Below, one piece after another: positions 30,144-40,768 of a stretch of 57,464 bases of DNA. The notes beneath the pieces were generated by a model. That model saw nothing but the letters and a program-made list of their open reading frames with translations. It searched no databases and was not told the DNA's origin. The stretch comes from Nitrosopumilales archaeon (GTDB lineage: Archaea > Thermoproteota > Nitrososphaeria > Nitrososphaerales > Nitrososphaeraceae). The stretch's first letter is position 1. Each line of letters begins with the position of its first letter. The stretch is from the NCBI GenBank assembly GCA_044507735.1, contig JBIQJB010000012.1, forward strand, positions 1 to 57,464, in the 5' to 3' direction. The position numbers were made by a program, and so were the translations under genes.

Positions 30144-30624
30144 TTCTACAGGCAGCTTGCTTGGTACGCTGCAAACATCAAATTCTTCATTATCTGCTGT
30201 CTGTGATGGAGCCGCGCCAGACATTATCGGAAGTCCGGGAGCCTCATATCAACTCTAAATCAATCTTAGCAAGTCAGGACCCTGCGAAATCACACCCTTC
30301 CAGAGCCATGCCTAACCCGTGAAATTGCAAAAGCGGCGCATTCCTCCCATCGCCATATAGTCACTTGTAGAAGCAAGCGGGCGCGGAACAAGTTTGTGTG
30401 AAGGTACTGACAACATCGTGTACAACAATTTAACGCGGACACCGGCTTCGGCCTCCGATGAAAAGCAGGTAGCGATAGCTGATGTCGTAGATGAGTTGAT
30501 AGATCAAGACATCATAATTGCAGACGTCGCGACGTCTTGGCGACCAGTGGGAAACTTGCCACTCTACAATTGCTTGAGCTGCTAACAGTCATCATCAGCA
30601 CCAGCACCATCATTCAACATGGGG

Positions 30625-32415
30625 CTATAAAGTTGGCAAGCTGAATGCAAATGTCGCGCCCTTGCCGTTTGGATTGTTGGAACACCAGATCCTTCCATCG
30701 TGAGCTTCTATGATGCTCTTTGAAATGAACAATCCAAGGCCAGTACCCTTGTCAGACTTTGTGACAAACTTGGAAAAGAGCCTTGGCATAATATCTGGAT
30801 GGATCCCTGACCCGCTGTCCTGCACGGCAATTACGGCGCTGCGGTCCTTTATTTCGATGGATATCGTGATGATCCCTTCCTTTGTGAATTTGGCTGCGTT
30901 GTCTAGCAGGTTTGCGACGACTTGCGCTATTCTCCCCCTGTCTGCTTCAACAATGATGTCTTGTGGTTTGTAGATGAACTTGACCTTTCTGCTTGCCCCC
31001 TGGTTCTTTACATCCTGCAGCGCCCCTTCAACGACTTCCCTCAGGTTGAATTTTTCCATGTCGAGCTTTAGGGCTGCGCTTTCTATCCTCGTCACATCCA
31101 GTATGTCGTCGATAATTCGCTGCAGCCTAACAGAATTGCGGTGGATTGCCTTCATAACTTCGTCAATTTCGCCGCGACCCATCTGTAAGAGTTCGGCATA
31201 TCCAAGGATCGCCTGTGTGGGCGTGCGGAGCTCGTGAGCCGCAACATTGATGAATTCTTTTTGCATCCTATCATGAATCTCTAGTTGCTCGTTTGCGGAT
31301 GCAAGTGAATCATTGGACCTTTTCAGCTCATCCGTCTTAGAACGCAATTCTCGAGTCCTTGCATCCACTGTCTGCATCAACTTGGTGTTCCAAGTAAGTA
31401 CAAGTGCAGCCACCACCACAGCTGCCGAGCCAATGACAACCGTCAAGACCATGTTGAAATTCTTGTTCTGGTTCACCAAAGCGCCCACATTAGATGCGAA
31501 CTGGTGCGGTGCCGTTACATACAGCGTGCCAAATTGCTCACCTCTGATTACTATTGGTTCGTAGGCGATGGTGGCGGTCTCCTCTCCAACTGAAAAATCC
31601 TGCAAACCAGATGTACCTTGAAGTGACCTGTCGACAAATTTGAGGAAAGAGTCCTTCAAGTCTGGCGGCAGACGAGACTGAAATTCTGGCCCATGCACAT
31701 TCTTGCCTATCAAGAGTGTGGAATTGGAATACAATATCCTGCCGTCCCTATCTACCATTCCTATTGAGCTTTGGGTTTCGGATGATAACTGTTCTTGCAA
31801 GAACTTTCCAACTGTGTCAATCCTTAATCCTGCAACAGCTACTCCTAGAAACTCGCCATTTTCTGGGCCTGTTACAGGGCGCGAGATATAGATTCTTGTG
31901 ATACTGTCGTTAGAGTCTAATGCACTACTGTAATAGCTTTCGTGCCTTTTCTTTGATTCTATAAAGTAGGATCTCAGGCCCAGATCAATCCCCTTGAACT
32001 CCTGATATGCTGTCTGGTTGATGTTGCTGAGCCAGACAAGCTTGCCCTCGCGGTCAAGCCACATGTAAAAGTTGGTCAAGTCCCCTGTGGCATCCTGGGC
32101 CGCATCAAACAGCATCCGTGCTCGTCCAAATTCGTTATTTTGTACAGACCTTGCACTCGAAATTATCTGGAGATTTGAGGATACCGATTCTATTCTATTT
32201 ACAAATGCATTTTCTAGATCATGTGCTTGGATTCTAGCATTTGACCTGATGTCCTCCGCTGCGATCTTTAGGATTTCGTCTGAAGTTAAGCTTGAATACT
32301 GAAATGAAATAATTGAAAGTGACACAGCGATTGCACCCGTCAAGGCCAACAACGCTATGCTATTTGCAGAGAATCTTGATTTCACCGGTACAATAGCTGA
32401 TTCCGCTACACGCAA
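30625..32415 (-). CDS. Membrane sensor histidine kinase (extracellular Cache-like domain, HisKA, HATPase)
   Basis: Two TM helices around a DLGLRSYF-containing sensor; AAHELRTP H-box, NLLDNA, DSGSGI, GTGLGL. Confidence 0.93.
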   Translation of the reverse strand: MRVAESAIVPVKSRFSANSIALLALTGAIAVSLSIISFQYSSLTSDEILKIAAEDIRSNARIQAHDLENAFVNRIESVSSNLQIISSARSVQNNEFGRARMLFDAAQDATGDLTNFYMWLDREGKLVWLSNINQTAYQEFKGIDLGLRSYFIESKKRHESYYSSALDSNDSITRIYISRPVTGPENGEFLGVAVAGLRIDTVGKFLQEQLSSETQSSIGMVDRDGRILYSNSTLLIGKNVHGPEFQSRLPPDLKDSFLKFVDRSLQGTSGLQDFSVGEETATIAYEPIVIRGEQFGTLYVTAPHQFASNVGALVNQNKNFNMVLTVVIGSAAVVVAALVLTWNTKLMQTVDARTRELRSKTDELKRSNDSLASANEQLEIHDRMQKEFINVAAHELRTPTQAILGYAELLQMGRGEIDEVMKAIHRNSVRLQRIIDDILDVTRIESAALKLDMEKFNLREVVEGALQDVKNQGASRKVKFIYKPQDIIVEADRGRIAQVVANLLDNAAKFTKEGIITISIEIKDRSAVIAVQDSGSGIHPDIMPRLFSKFVTKSDKGTGLGLFISKSIIEAHDGRIWCSNNPNGKGATFAFSLPTL

Positions 32416-32475
32416 ATAAATTTGGACAGATGTAATGTTCTGAAAAAGATCTTCTGTTCAGACTCGTGCCATGAT

Positions 32476-33336
32476 TTATTCTACTGATGCGATACACTCT
32501 GACAGTATCCTTGCCGCAAGCATGGCAGTCATACCATTAATGTCATATTCAGGCGCCAACTCTACAATGTCGATCCCTGCTACATTTCCTCCGCTTAAGA
32601 CTTTGTTGAGCAGATAGATTACGTCTACCGCCGATAGCCCTGCAGCCGAGGGCACTGACACCCCGGGCGCGGAGGCCGGATCAATGCAATCAAGGTCCAC
32701 CGAGACGTATATCTTCGAGCCCGCCGTACGCGTTCTTATCATCTGCGATACCTTCTTCACGCCAAACTCTGCAATATCAAGTGGAGTCACGATCTTCAAT
32801 CCCGCTGCCTTTGCGTTCTCCATCTCTTCAGGTTCAGCCGCTCTAGTGCCCACCAGCAAACTCTTTCGAAAGTCGATCGATTTAGCCGAATCTGTCAGCA
32901 CGGATCCGTAGTAGTCCCTAACGGACGATACAAAATCTGGGTGGGCGTCGAAATACAGGAGTGAAATCTTCTTGCCTGTGGCGGTCGCTACTGCTCTTAT
33001 AGTCTCTGCTGTTAACGAGTGGTCTCCGCCCATCATTATCGGCAACTTTCCAGCAGAAACGACGTCCAAAACAATCTTGTGCAGATTCTGCTTGTCTGCA
33101 ATGTTTCCAGCATCAAAGACGCGTTTGCCTCCTAGGCTGCCACGCATTGGGTGTGTTGGGATGATCCTGCCGCCGCGCTCAAAGAACTCAAACTCGTTAG
33201 ATGCCGCCCTCAGAACGTCAGGTGCCTTGCTGGTACCCTTGCGCTTGGCGTGTGATTTTGACTCGTCAGGCACACCAATGACTACGATATCTGCGTCGTC
33301 CATGCTGTCAGCATTTGCACGTCTGAGCCGAACCAT
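32476..33336 (-). CDS. Ureohydrolase (arginase/agmatinase family)
   Basis: GGDHS, DAHPD, SVDLDCIDP and DIVE metal-binding motifs. Confidence 0.9.
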   Translation of the reverse strand: MVRLRRANADSMDDADIVVIGVPDESKSHAKRKGTSKAPDVLRAASNEFEFFERGGRIIPTHPMRGSLGGKRVFDAGNIADKQNLHKIVLDVVSAGKLPIMMGGDHSLTAETIRAVATATGKKISLLYFDAHPDFVSSVRDYYGSVLTDSAKSIDFRKSLLVGTRAAEPEEMENAKAAGLKIVTPLDIAEFGVKKVSQMIRTRTAGSKIYVSVDLDCIDPASAPGVSVPSAAGLSAVDVIYLLNKVLSGGNVAGIDIVELAPEYDINGMTAMLAARILSECIASVE

Positions 33337-33425
33337 GCATAGCAGCAGTCTGAGCCTTCCTTTTAACCCTAGCCTGCTCGCAAACCAATAAGATTTTATT
33401 GAAAAGGAGCCTGCCTACATTCAAC

Positions 33426-34283
33426 ATGTCAAGCATGAAGTATATTCAGCTGGAACCGCAAGGAGACATTGCGATTGTGAGAATAAACAGGCCCGAGGCT
33501 CTAAATGCCATGAACACTGATGTCATTTCAGAACTCTCAAAAGTAGTTGACATCATTGGCATGGACGAAGGAATCAAGGTCGTAATAATTACTGGTGCAG
33601 GCGAACGTTCGTTCTGCGCGGGCGCAGATATCTCATACATGGTGAATATCGATCCAATGCAGGCAGAGAGGTATGCATCTTCTGCTCAGGCAGTGATCAA
33701 TAAGATAGAACGGCTGGAAAAGCCGGTAATTGCTGCAGTCAATGGCTTTGCGCTCGGTGGCGGCTGCGAACTTGCCATGGCATGCGATATTCGAATCGCT
33801 TCAAGTAATGCCAAGATCGGACAACCAGAAGTCACGATTGGCATTCCGCCGGGATGGGGCGGGACACAACGCCTGATGCGTTTGGTGGGTCCTGCCAAGG
33901 CGAAGGAGATGATATTCACCGGCAAGATGATAACTGCTGATGAGGCTTACCAAATCGGACTTGTAAACAAGGTAGTTAGTGTGGGGCCAGAAGATAACCT
34001 GCCGCCAGAAGTAAATGGCGACCCTGCAAAGGAGAAAGAAAGGGCGGCTCAGGTGGCTAAGATCCTAAACAAGAAACTGATGGATGAATGTTTAGCACTT
34101 GCGAGAGAGATTTCAAAGAACAGCTTTACTGCCGTCAAGGTAAGTAAGATGCTAATCAACAGGGGCATGGATTCTGACCTCGAAACTGGCTTGAGGCTCG
34201 AGATCTATGGATGGGCGCTCTGTTTTGCACATGAAGACAGACAAAAGATGATGTCTGCCTTCTTGAATAAGAGCAAGAAGTAG
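33426..34283 (+). CDS. Enoyl-CoA hydratase, probably the 3-hydroxypropionyl-CoA dehydratase/crotonyl-CoA hydratase of the 3HP/4HB cycle
   Basis: [34 protein letters not shown]; pathway role inferred from AOA context. Confidence 0.85.
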   Translation: MSSMKYIQLEPQGDIAIVRINRPEALNAMNTDVISELSKVVDIIGMDEGIKVVIITGAGERSFCAGADISYMVNIDPMQAERYASSAQAVINKIERLEKPVIAAVNGFALGGGCELAMACDIRIASSNAKIGQPEVTIGIPPGWGGTQRLMRLVGPAKAKEMIFTGKMITADEAYQIGLVNKVVSVGPEDNLPPEVNGDPAKEKERAAQVAKILNKKLMDECLALAREISKNSFTAVKVSKMLINRGMDSDLETGLRLEIYGWALCFAHEDRQKMMSAFLNKSKK

Positions 34284-34287
34284 ATGA

Positions 34288-35217
34288 TTAGACCACACGG
34301 GCACCGCTACTCGGCCGGCAGGCAAATGTCTTACTTCTTACGCCTGCCTCCAAAAACCCTTTTGCCATTGCTCTGGCAACTTTGCTTGCCTTCTTGCGGG
34401 TTTTTAGGAAAGCGATCATCGACGGCCCTGCGCCACTGATCGTCACGGCAAGCGCGCCTGCGGAAATTCCGTTCTGCTTTACGGCATCATAGCCCGGGAT
34501 CAGATGTTTCCTCGCCGGCTCTACAATAATGTCATCAATTCCTCTTGCTATCATCTCCACGTCCTTAAGCGCGAAGCCGGCAACGATTGTAGACGCACCC
34601 GAAACATTATGCACGACGCTTTTTAGCGGCACTTCCTTTGGAAGTACGCTCCTGGCGACCTCTGTCTTTTTCTCTGGCACATGCATTGAGAGCGGAATTG
34701 CTACCACCAAGAACAAATCCTTTGGTGGTTCGATCCTGATGAACTTTCCTCTGTTTCCTATTACAAATCCTCCCAACACCGAAGCAGAGACGTTGTCGTA
34801 ATGCTTTGCACCAGCGCTTGCAATTTCTCCTTCGGCCGCGTATTCAACAAGCCTGTTCTTGTCTATCTTTAACTTATATAGTGCATTGAAGGCTACTGCG
34901 GCCGCAGCCGCGGAAGCGGCGCTAGACCCAACACCATATCCTGCAGGCACCTTTTTCGTAACTTGAACTTCAATGCTGTCGCGAATGTCAAAGTCACGCA
35001 TCATACTCCGTATCACGAGACCTGCGGAGTTGAACTCGGCCTCAGATGGGATCGCTTGGTCACTACTCTTGATGGTGATTGTGCCATTCATATCATGCTT
35101 TCTTGTTATCCTTACCTTGTCTTTCAGAGCGTCAAGAGCAAGGCCAAACACGTCATAGCCTGGCCCTAGGTTTGCTGTAGAGCATGGCGCAACTGCACTA
35201 ACGGACTTCACAGCCAT
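34288..35217 (-). CDS. thrB: Homoserine kinase
   Basis: STANLGPGYD, GHMP motif PAGYGVGSSAA, HYDN, ISGAGPS. Confidence 0.94.
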   Translation of the reverse strand: MAVKSVSAVAPCSTANLGPGYDVFGLALDALKDKVRITRKHDMNGTITIKSSDQAIPSEAEFNSAGLVIRSMMRDFDIRDSIEVQVTKKVPAGYGVGSSAASAAAAAVAFNALYKLKIDKNRLVEYAAEGEIASAGAKHYDNVSASVLGGFVIGNRGKFIRIEPPKDLFLVVAIPLSMHVPEKKTEVARSVLPKEVPLKSVVHNVSGASTIVAGFALKDVEMIARGIDDIIVEPARKHLIPGYDAVKQNGISAGALAVTISGAGPSMIAFLKTRKKASKVARAMAKGFLEAGVRSKTFACRPSSGARVV

Positions 35218-35218
35218 C

Positions 35219-35977
35219 CTAAACATCCTCACCCTGATTAAGGATTCGTGCAAGTGCGGCCGCAAGGTTGACGATCCCGTTCATGGTAACGCTTGATACC
35301 GCGACCAGTCCTGATGCAAAACCACCCTTACTCATGCTCCGAGCAAGGTCCTTGCTGAGTAAAGAATATTCTGTATCTTTTTCGCTGTCGAGCGCGTACT
35401 CCAAGTTATGGTGTGAGCCGGCCCACTCCATAATGTCTTTTAATTTTTCTATCACCAAGTCACGCTTTGTCAGCACGTTTACCTGAGGAGTTTTGAGGCG
35501 CAACCTGACGGACGATGCAAGCAGCGAGATGGACACATAGTTGATGGGGGACGACACAAGCATGCCGTCAAACGCAAATATTGTTGCCTTAGAGTCTGAG
35601 AGAAAGTTTGTGACAAAATACGGGCCACTTGCCCTGAATGCAAATAACTCTATCTGTCCGGGTGTATCCACAATGACAAAGTCGGGGTTGAGCTCGTCCA
35701 CCTCAGTCTGTATCTCATCCAACTTGGTCGCTATCATATCACTTGCCATTATGAGAGACCCGTTTGGACCGAGCCCATAGCTTTCCATCAATGTAGCAAC
35801 ATCGACATAGTTCCGTACATCTACATCAGGGTCGTACGGCAGGTTGACAGCGCCGGGATCAAGGTTGAGGGCTATTGGATACGCGCTGTTGTCCCTGTAC
35901 CACTGGAGCAGCCTGGAAGTGAGGAGCGACTTGCCAGAACCCGCTGTGCCAGTAACGAATATCGTGTGCACTTGCAT
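35219..35977 (-). CDS. GPN-loop GTPase
   Basis: GTAGSGKS, NLDP, GLGPNG, DTPGQIE, TKRD. Confidence 0.93.
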   Translation of the reverse strand: MQVHTIFVTGTAGSGKSLLTSRLLQWYRDNSAYPIALNLDPGAVNLPYDPDVDVRNYVDVATLMESYGLGPNGSLIMASDMIATKLDEIQTEVDELNPDFVIVDTPGQIELFAFRASGPYFVTNFLSDSKATIFAFDGMLVSSPINYVSISLLASSVRLRLKTPQVNVLTKRDLVIEKLKDIMEWAGSHHNLEYALDSEKDTEYSLLSKDLARSMSKGGFASGLVAVSSVTMNGIVNLAAALARILNQGEDV

Positions 35978-36140
35978 GGAAGAATGTTTCCGTCTATATC
36001 TTCTTTACACCCTCAAAAAATATACACTTTGCATGCGCTCAAAGAAAGGACTCCTATGCCAAACTTCCCACCTCAATAGTATGAACTTTCTAGCTTCTTT
36101 ACACTCTTATACTACCATGCTCCAACAAGTCCCGTTATAG

Positions 36141-37214
36141 TTGAACTGGCGACTTGTTGCCATTCCTGCAAGCGTGGTACCCTTCATAATTCTATTCCTT
36201 ACCACTAATGTGTCTCCGCAAGACGTCTTTGCGGTCGGCCTTGTTCCATTTGTGGCCTCGGCCGCCGCTGCAATAGTCAGAATAATGTTGCAGGCGTATA
36301 GATTCAAGTATTTTGTTAAGAGGTTCATTGGCTACGATGTGGCTTCGACCGGCAAGACGCTTTCCGCAAGGCTGGCGGGCGAATTTGTAACTCAGACCAC
36401 TCCATCTTATGTCGGAGGTGAACTGATCAGAATAGCATGGTTATCCAGAAACAAAGTGCCGCCGGGTAAGGCCGCATGGGTCGCGACGATGGAGATAATC
36501 GCTGACGTTTTTGTTGGCTCGCTACTCGCCTTTATCGCAGGAGCTGTTGCCATCTACAGAGGAGGGACAGTGGTCGGAATAGCCGTTATTCTTCTGACTA
36601 TCCCTACATTTGGTGTGTGGCTAGCACTAGTATTGTTTTCTGCAAAGCGCAATTTGCGGTTACCGCATTTTTCCAAGAGGATAGCAGAAAAGTTTCTTGC
36701 AAAGGAAAAGGCGGAGAACCTTATCAATTCTGCAAACTCTGCTATAGCTGACCTGTGCAAGATGAGTAGAGAGAATTTCAATTCCAAGAGATCCCTCAAG
36801 ACATTTGCAATAGGAATGGTGATCACTCTTGTTTCCTTCTTTTTCTATGGAATATCATTCATGGTGCTGGCGGACTCCGTCGGTTCCGACATTAGCATCT
36901 TCGACTCGCTAATGGCAACCGCCGCATCGAACTCTGTAGCCGCACTTCCCATAACTATAGGAGGATCAGGTTTGGCTGAACTTGGTATTTGGGCCTACGT
37001 CTCTAACCTGAGTGGCATACCTACCTTGAGCGACGTAGTCAACGACGACCAGTTGAAAGTGATCATAGCTTGGAGAATTGCAACCTACCATGTGCCGCTG
37101 GTGATCATGTGGGTCGCTCTTATGAGGCTGGCGATTGGCAAAGTATCCGCAGCCAGTCTAAACCAGCAGGCCAGCCGAGATAACAAGCCTGAGGATCCGG
37201 GCGGTACAACATGA
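36141..37214 (+). CDS. UPF0104/lysylphosphatidylglycerol synthase TM-domain (flippase-like) membrane protein
   Basis: TTPSYVGGE, LPITIGGSGLAE, WRIATY; multiple TM helices. Confidence 0.85.
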   Translation: MNWRLVAIPASVVPFIILFLTTNVSPQDVFAVGLVPFVASAAAAIVRIMLQAYRFKYFVKRFIGYDVASTGKTLSARLAGEFVTQTTPSYVGGELIRIAWLSRNKVPPGKAAWVATMEIIADVFVGSLLAFIAGAVAIYRGGTVVGIAVILLTIPTFGVWLALVLFSAKRNLRLPHFSKRIAEKFLAKEKAENLINSANSAIADLCKMSRENFNSKRSLKTFAIGMVITLVSFFFYGISFMVLADSVGSDISIFDSLMATAASNSVAALPITIGGSGLAELGIWAYVSNLSGIPTLSDVVNDDQLKVIIAWRIATYHVPLVIMWVALMRLAIGKVSAASLNQQASRDNKPEDPGGTT

Positions 37215-37329
37215 TAGTAAGAACCACACACAAGCGTTTGCTTTCCTCTGCTGGGTCCAGCTATAGTGAACAGGTAGCTCACACCCATAACTGGTGGCGA
37301 GTCATTCCATAGGGCCGTGTATTTGCACT

Positions 37330-37360
37330 TGTTTGATCATGTTATGTTTGATCATGTTAT
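37330..37360. repeat. Perfect 15-bp tandem duplication
   Basis: TGTTTGATCATGTTA x2 (37330-37344, 37345-37359). Confidence 0.9.
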
Positions 37361-37682
37361 CGCAGTTACTTTAACACTCTGGAATGGGAAGGTGTGAGAA
37401 TCACAACTTTCCATCAGAAGAGTTCGGGACACGATCGACAAGGGTCTTTACAAGTCGTAGAATTCAAAAGCCCTACACACATGGGGAGGGAGGGAACACC
37501 TGCATAATGGTATAGTCAGTTTCTATACGAATTTATATATGCAATCTTCGCAAACAAGACACCGCTTTCCTTTATTATCCAGAAAAGGAAACTATAGTTG
37601 AGACAAGCCATTGCAGACCGCATGACTTTTCCCCCATGTACCCCCACCCTGCGGTCTGCAATGATTTTCTGTCCCGCATTTC

Positions 37683-37974
37683 TATCGTATGATCCTAACA
37701 TCTCAACAAACGCGTTATCTGTCATTCCACCACACATCCGCCCGTTCACCTTTCTGTGTCTATCTTCTTAACCTCTCACCATGAAATTTTGTTTGACTGG
37801 GGTGGAGAAGAAAGAAGGAGTAAGAAAGGCATGCTGGGAAGTTCTGATCATCAGTGAGTGAGACAGACCTAAGACGAGCAATAGAACATCATAGCAACAG
37901 TGATGTGCCCTCGTGTTAGGCGGCGTACTGAGCAATGGGTGTGTAGATCAAGAGGCAATGTGCCGTGGCAGGGG
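37683..37974 (+). repeat. Degenerate ~290-bp dispersed repeat, copy A
   Basis: Collinear blocks shared with 55655-55930, e.g. CATGCTGGGAAGTTCTGATCATCAGTGAG(TGAG)ACAGACC, TCCGCCC..GTCTATCT, GATC..GAGGCAAT. Confidence 0.75.
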
Positions 37975-38173
37975 ACAATACAATTGTGAACGCATAAACC
38001 ATTGTAGTCAAATCGTGAAAAAAGAGAACATGTTGTCAACGATTCTCCCTCCGCTCGTCTCTCTCACTAGCGCGACTGATGCTCTGTCTTGTGAGCGATC
38101 TGCCGATACTTCTCATACTAGCGGCGAAAAATCAACGAAGTGATAGTCTTGCTCTTTGTGGCATCTTTTGCAT

Positions 38174-39958
38174 CTATTCTTCTTCTCCCTCTGTTCTGAC
38201 TCCTGATACCTTCAGTTGCTTCTTGTACATGGCCACGATCTCTTCAACCGAGGTTGCATCTTCGGGTTTCTTGTCGTCGCGAATCTTGCCCGTGAACTTG
38301 GGAAAGCGTAGTGCAAGACCGTAGCCGGGCCTGACTGCATTGAGACCTGCAGTGTGTGAAGGGCTGAGTGTTATCTCTGATGCAATTACCTCAATCACTA
38401 CCTTTGGCTCGAACCAAACGTCCATCCGCATTCCCGTTTCCACTCTAGCGTGCCGGTGCTTGAGTTTATGCTTTTCAAGCTCGTTATAAAACTGCTCAAG
38501 GTGCACGTCGGTGAATCCTGTACCGACCTTTGTCACGCTCTGGAACATCTCTGCTTTCGGGTCATATGCCGCCAGTAGCAGCGCGCCATATCTACCTGTG
38601 CGCCTTCCTCTGCCGTGCAATGCGCCCACAATAACCAAGTCAAGTGTATCTGCGAGGTCGTTCCGGTATTCGCGCTTTAGCTTGACCCACGCATATTCCC
38701 TTGCGCCTGCCCTGTATGTACTTCCTAAGTGCTTTATCATTACTCCTTCACATCCGTTCTCTATTGCCACCGCCATGAACCGTTCAATCTCTTCGGGTTT
38801 GTTGGCAATTGTCTGTTCTATGAGCCTGACTCTGCTATTGTCCTCGACCGCGTCGATTATCTTTTTCAAGATCTTTCTTCGCTCGAGATAGTGCAGGTCC
38901 GTCTTGCTCTTGCCGTCAACATAGAGAACATCAAAAAAATTCACTACTACAGGATAATTCTCCATCGCCTCTTCAACACCGTACTTGCGGCGTCTATGCA
39001 TAAGCTCCTGAAATGGCAGGTATTCCTCAGTCTCGGAGTTAATAGCGACCACTTCGCCTTCCAGTATTACGTCTGACTTGATCGACTTTACTGCTCTTGC
39101 TACGTCCGGGTAGTGACTGGTAATCCTTTCGAGTCGTCTTGAAAATAACTCAACCCTGTCGCCGCCCTTGTGCAGCTGGACACGCTCCCCATCCAATTTG
39201 TATTCAACTGCCCCCCTTCCATCCATACGCTCAAGCGCCTCCTCTGCAGTCCTTACCCGCTCTGCAAGCATCGGCCGGATCGGCTTGAAGAGAGTTATCT
39301 TGATCGACCTAACTGCTTCGAGTCCCTCAGTTGCGAGCAATCTTGCAACGGTGCCAAGATCGCTTGAGACATTGTATGCATTCTCTAGCATCTGCCGGTT
39401 TGCTTTGTCGCCGGTGAACGCTATTGCCAGCGCGTCAAGCACGGTATAGTCTGCTATCCCAAGTCTGAGCTGTCCCATGACAAATTTGATTATGTATCGC
39501 CCTTCCTCAGCAGTGGCATCATTTAACAAGCTGCTTATAAGGCGCAATTTTGTATCCTGTGAACCGGTACCCATCGTGCGCGCAATCTTGTCGAAGGTGG
39601 AATACACCCGTTCAACAGTCATGGGTTCTGAAAAAAGAGTCGATTGGTTCTTAGATTTCATGATCTCTCTTGCTGCATCACCGAGGTCTCCGGTCTTTTG
39701 GTAGGCAGACTCTACCTCAGAAGTATTCTTGCCGGCCGAGCTGGCGATCGCTCTTATCACCATCTTTTCTGCAAGCCCTAACTCAATTCCCTCATAGTCA
39801 GGGTAAAGCTTGCCTTGTATGAGATAAGTCATCTTGTCGATGATCTCGGGAGGAGTCTTCTTCAGCAGGTCTACAAGATAGTCGGTGAGCGCAAGCCTAC
39901 TGGAGGTCTGCTCCATCTGTTGAAAGGTCTCTATCAAGGGCTTGAAGTCCAAGGGCAT
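38174..39958 (-). CDS. lig: ATP-dependent DNA ligase
   Basis: EYKLDGER adenylation motif, EGVMIK, WVKLK, LRFPKF; start at MPLDFK (39958), not 40144. Confidence 0.97.
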   Translation of the reverse strand: MPLDFKPLIETFQQMEQTSSRLALTDYLVDLLKKTPPEIIDKMTYLIQGKLYPDYEGIELGLAEKMVIRAIASSAGKNTSEVESAYQKTGDLGDAAREIMKSKNQSTLFSEPMTVERVYSTFDKIARTMGTGSQDTKLRLISSLLNDATAEEGRYIIKFVMGQLRLGIADYTVLDALAIAFTGDKANRQMLENAYNVSSDLGTVARLLATEGLEAVRSIKITLFKPIRPMLAERVRTAEEALERMDGRGAVEYKLDGERVQLHKGGDRVELFSRRLERITSHYPDVARAVKSIKSDVILEGEVVAINSETEEYLPFQELMHRRRKYGVEEAMENYPVVVNFFDVLYVDGKSKTDLHYLERRKILKKIIDAVEDNSRVRLIEQTIANKPEEIERFMAVAIENGCEGVMIKHLGSTYRAGAREYAWVKLKREYRNDLADTLDLVIVGALHGRGRRTGRYGALLLAAYDPKAEMFQSVTKVGTGFTDVHLEQFYNELEKHKLKHRHARVETGMRMDVWFEPKVVIEVIASEITLSPSHTAGLNAVRPGYGLALRFPKFTGKIRDDKKPEDATSVEEIVAMYKKQLKVSGVRTEGEEE

Positions 39959-40040
39959 CCCAGCTCTGCATCTTGTGCGCTTAAAGTTTATCTGAATGAT
40001 TATTAAAGGGCTGCAGGCAAACAAACAGAGAGACTGACAT

Positions 40041-40364
40041 ATGGGAGGCAACAAGAAAAAGCCGACAGGCGCTTCCGACAAGACAGCCCAAACGGGGCCT
40101 GGGGGAGCAGAGATCAAGCAGGCATCTGAGAAGAAGGCCGCCAAGCCACAGCAGAAGCAAAAACTTTCGGTACTCGTTGAGGAATCTGTAGGTATGAAGG
40201 CTATTCAGGGGATGAAGGCAATCACACCACAGGCAGTTGCAAGAAATATTGGTGTGAAAATTTCTGTCGCTAACGGCTTCATCAGATCACTTGAACAGAA
40301 AGGTGTGGTCAAGTCAGTTGGTGGATATAGCGGCCACAGAGTCTATCAGCTGATGACTCGCTAG
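40041..40364 (+). CDS. rps25e: 30S ribosomal protein S25e
   Basis: MGGNKKK start and wHTH ITPQAVARNIGVKISVANGFIRSLEQKG. Confidence 0.85.
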   Translation: MGGNKKKPTGASDKTAQTGPGGAEIKQASEKKAAKPQQKQKLSVLVEESVGMKAIQGMKAITPQAVARNIGVKISVANGFIRSLEQKGVVKSVGGYSGHRVYQLMTR

Positions 40365-40768
40365 TCTTTCTTTTTTACAATTATTACGTCCCCGGGCTGA
40401 CTGGATTCTAGAACGTCGATATTGTCGATGATTTTGCCTATAGGGTTCATGGGTTGGAGGGTCGCATCTTGGACGAACACACATATCGATCCGTTGGACG
40501 TGAGAAATGCTATGTCTCCTCTCTTGAACTGCGTCTTTTGCTTTTCTGCCCCTATCACAAGTCCTGTCTCTATGTAGATGAACTTGTCTGCATAGCGGTG
40601 AACTCTGTCTTGCAGCGGGAGGCCTTTCAGAATTGCGCTGCATGTGACAGGTGCCAAGTGACGCACCAGTTCGGCCTGAGCAGACCTCTTGCCCATGACC
40701 TCTAGCTCTATTCTTAGTCGTGAAACAGAACCGGCAGCATGCTGCACAATAATCCGCTCGCTTTTCAT
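40361..40768 (-). CDS. Cyclophilin-like fold protein
   Basis: RHLAPVT, GDIAF..NGSICVF, PMNPIGKI pattern. Confidence 0.75.
   Translation of the reverse strand: MKSERIIVQHAAGSVSRLRIELEVMGKRSAQAELVRHLAPVTCSAILKGLPLQDRVHRYADKFIYIETGLVIGAEKQKTQFKRGDIAFLTSNGSICVFVQDATLQPMNPIGKIIDNIDVLESSQPGDVIIVKKKD

Noticed and set aside
39959-40144. 61-aa N-terminal extension of DNA ligase in the ORF track
   Set aside because: It overlaps rps25e on the opposite strand and the divergent promoter; ligase-like sequence starts at 39958
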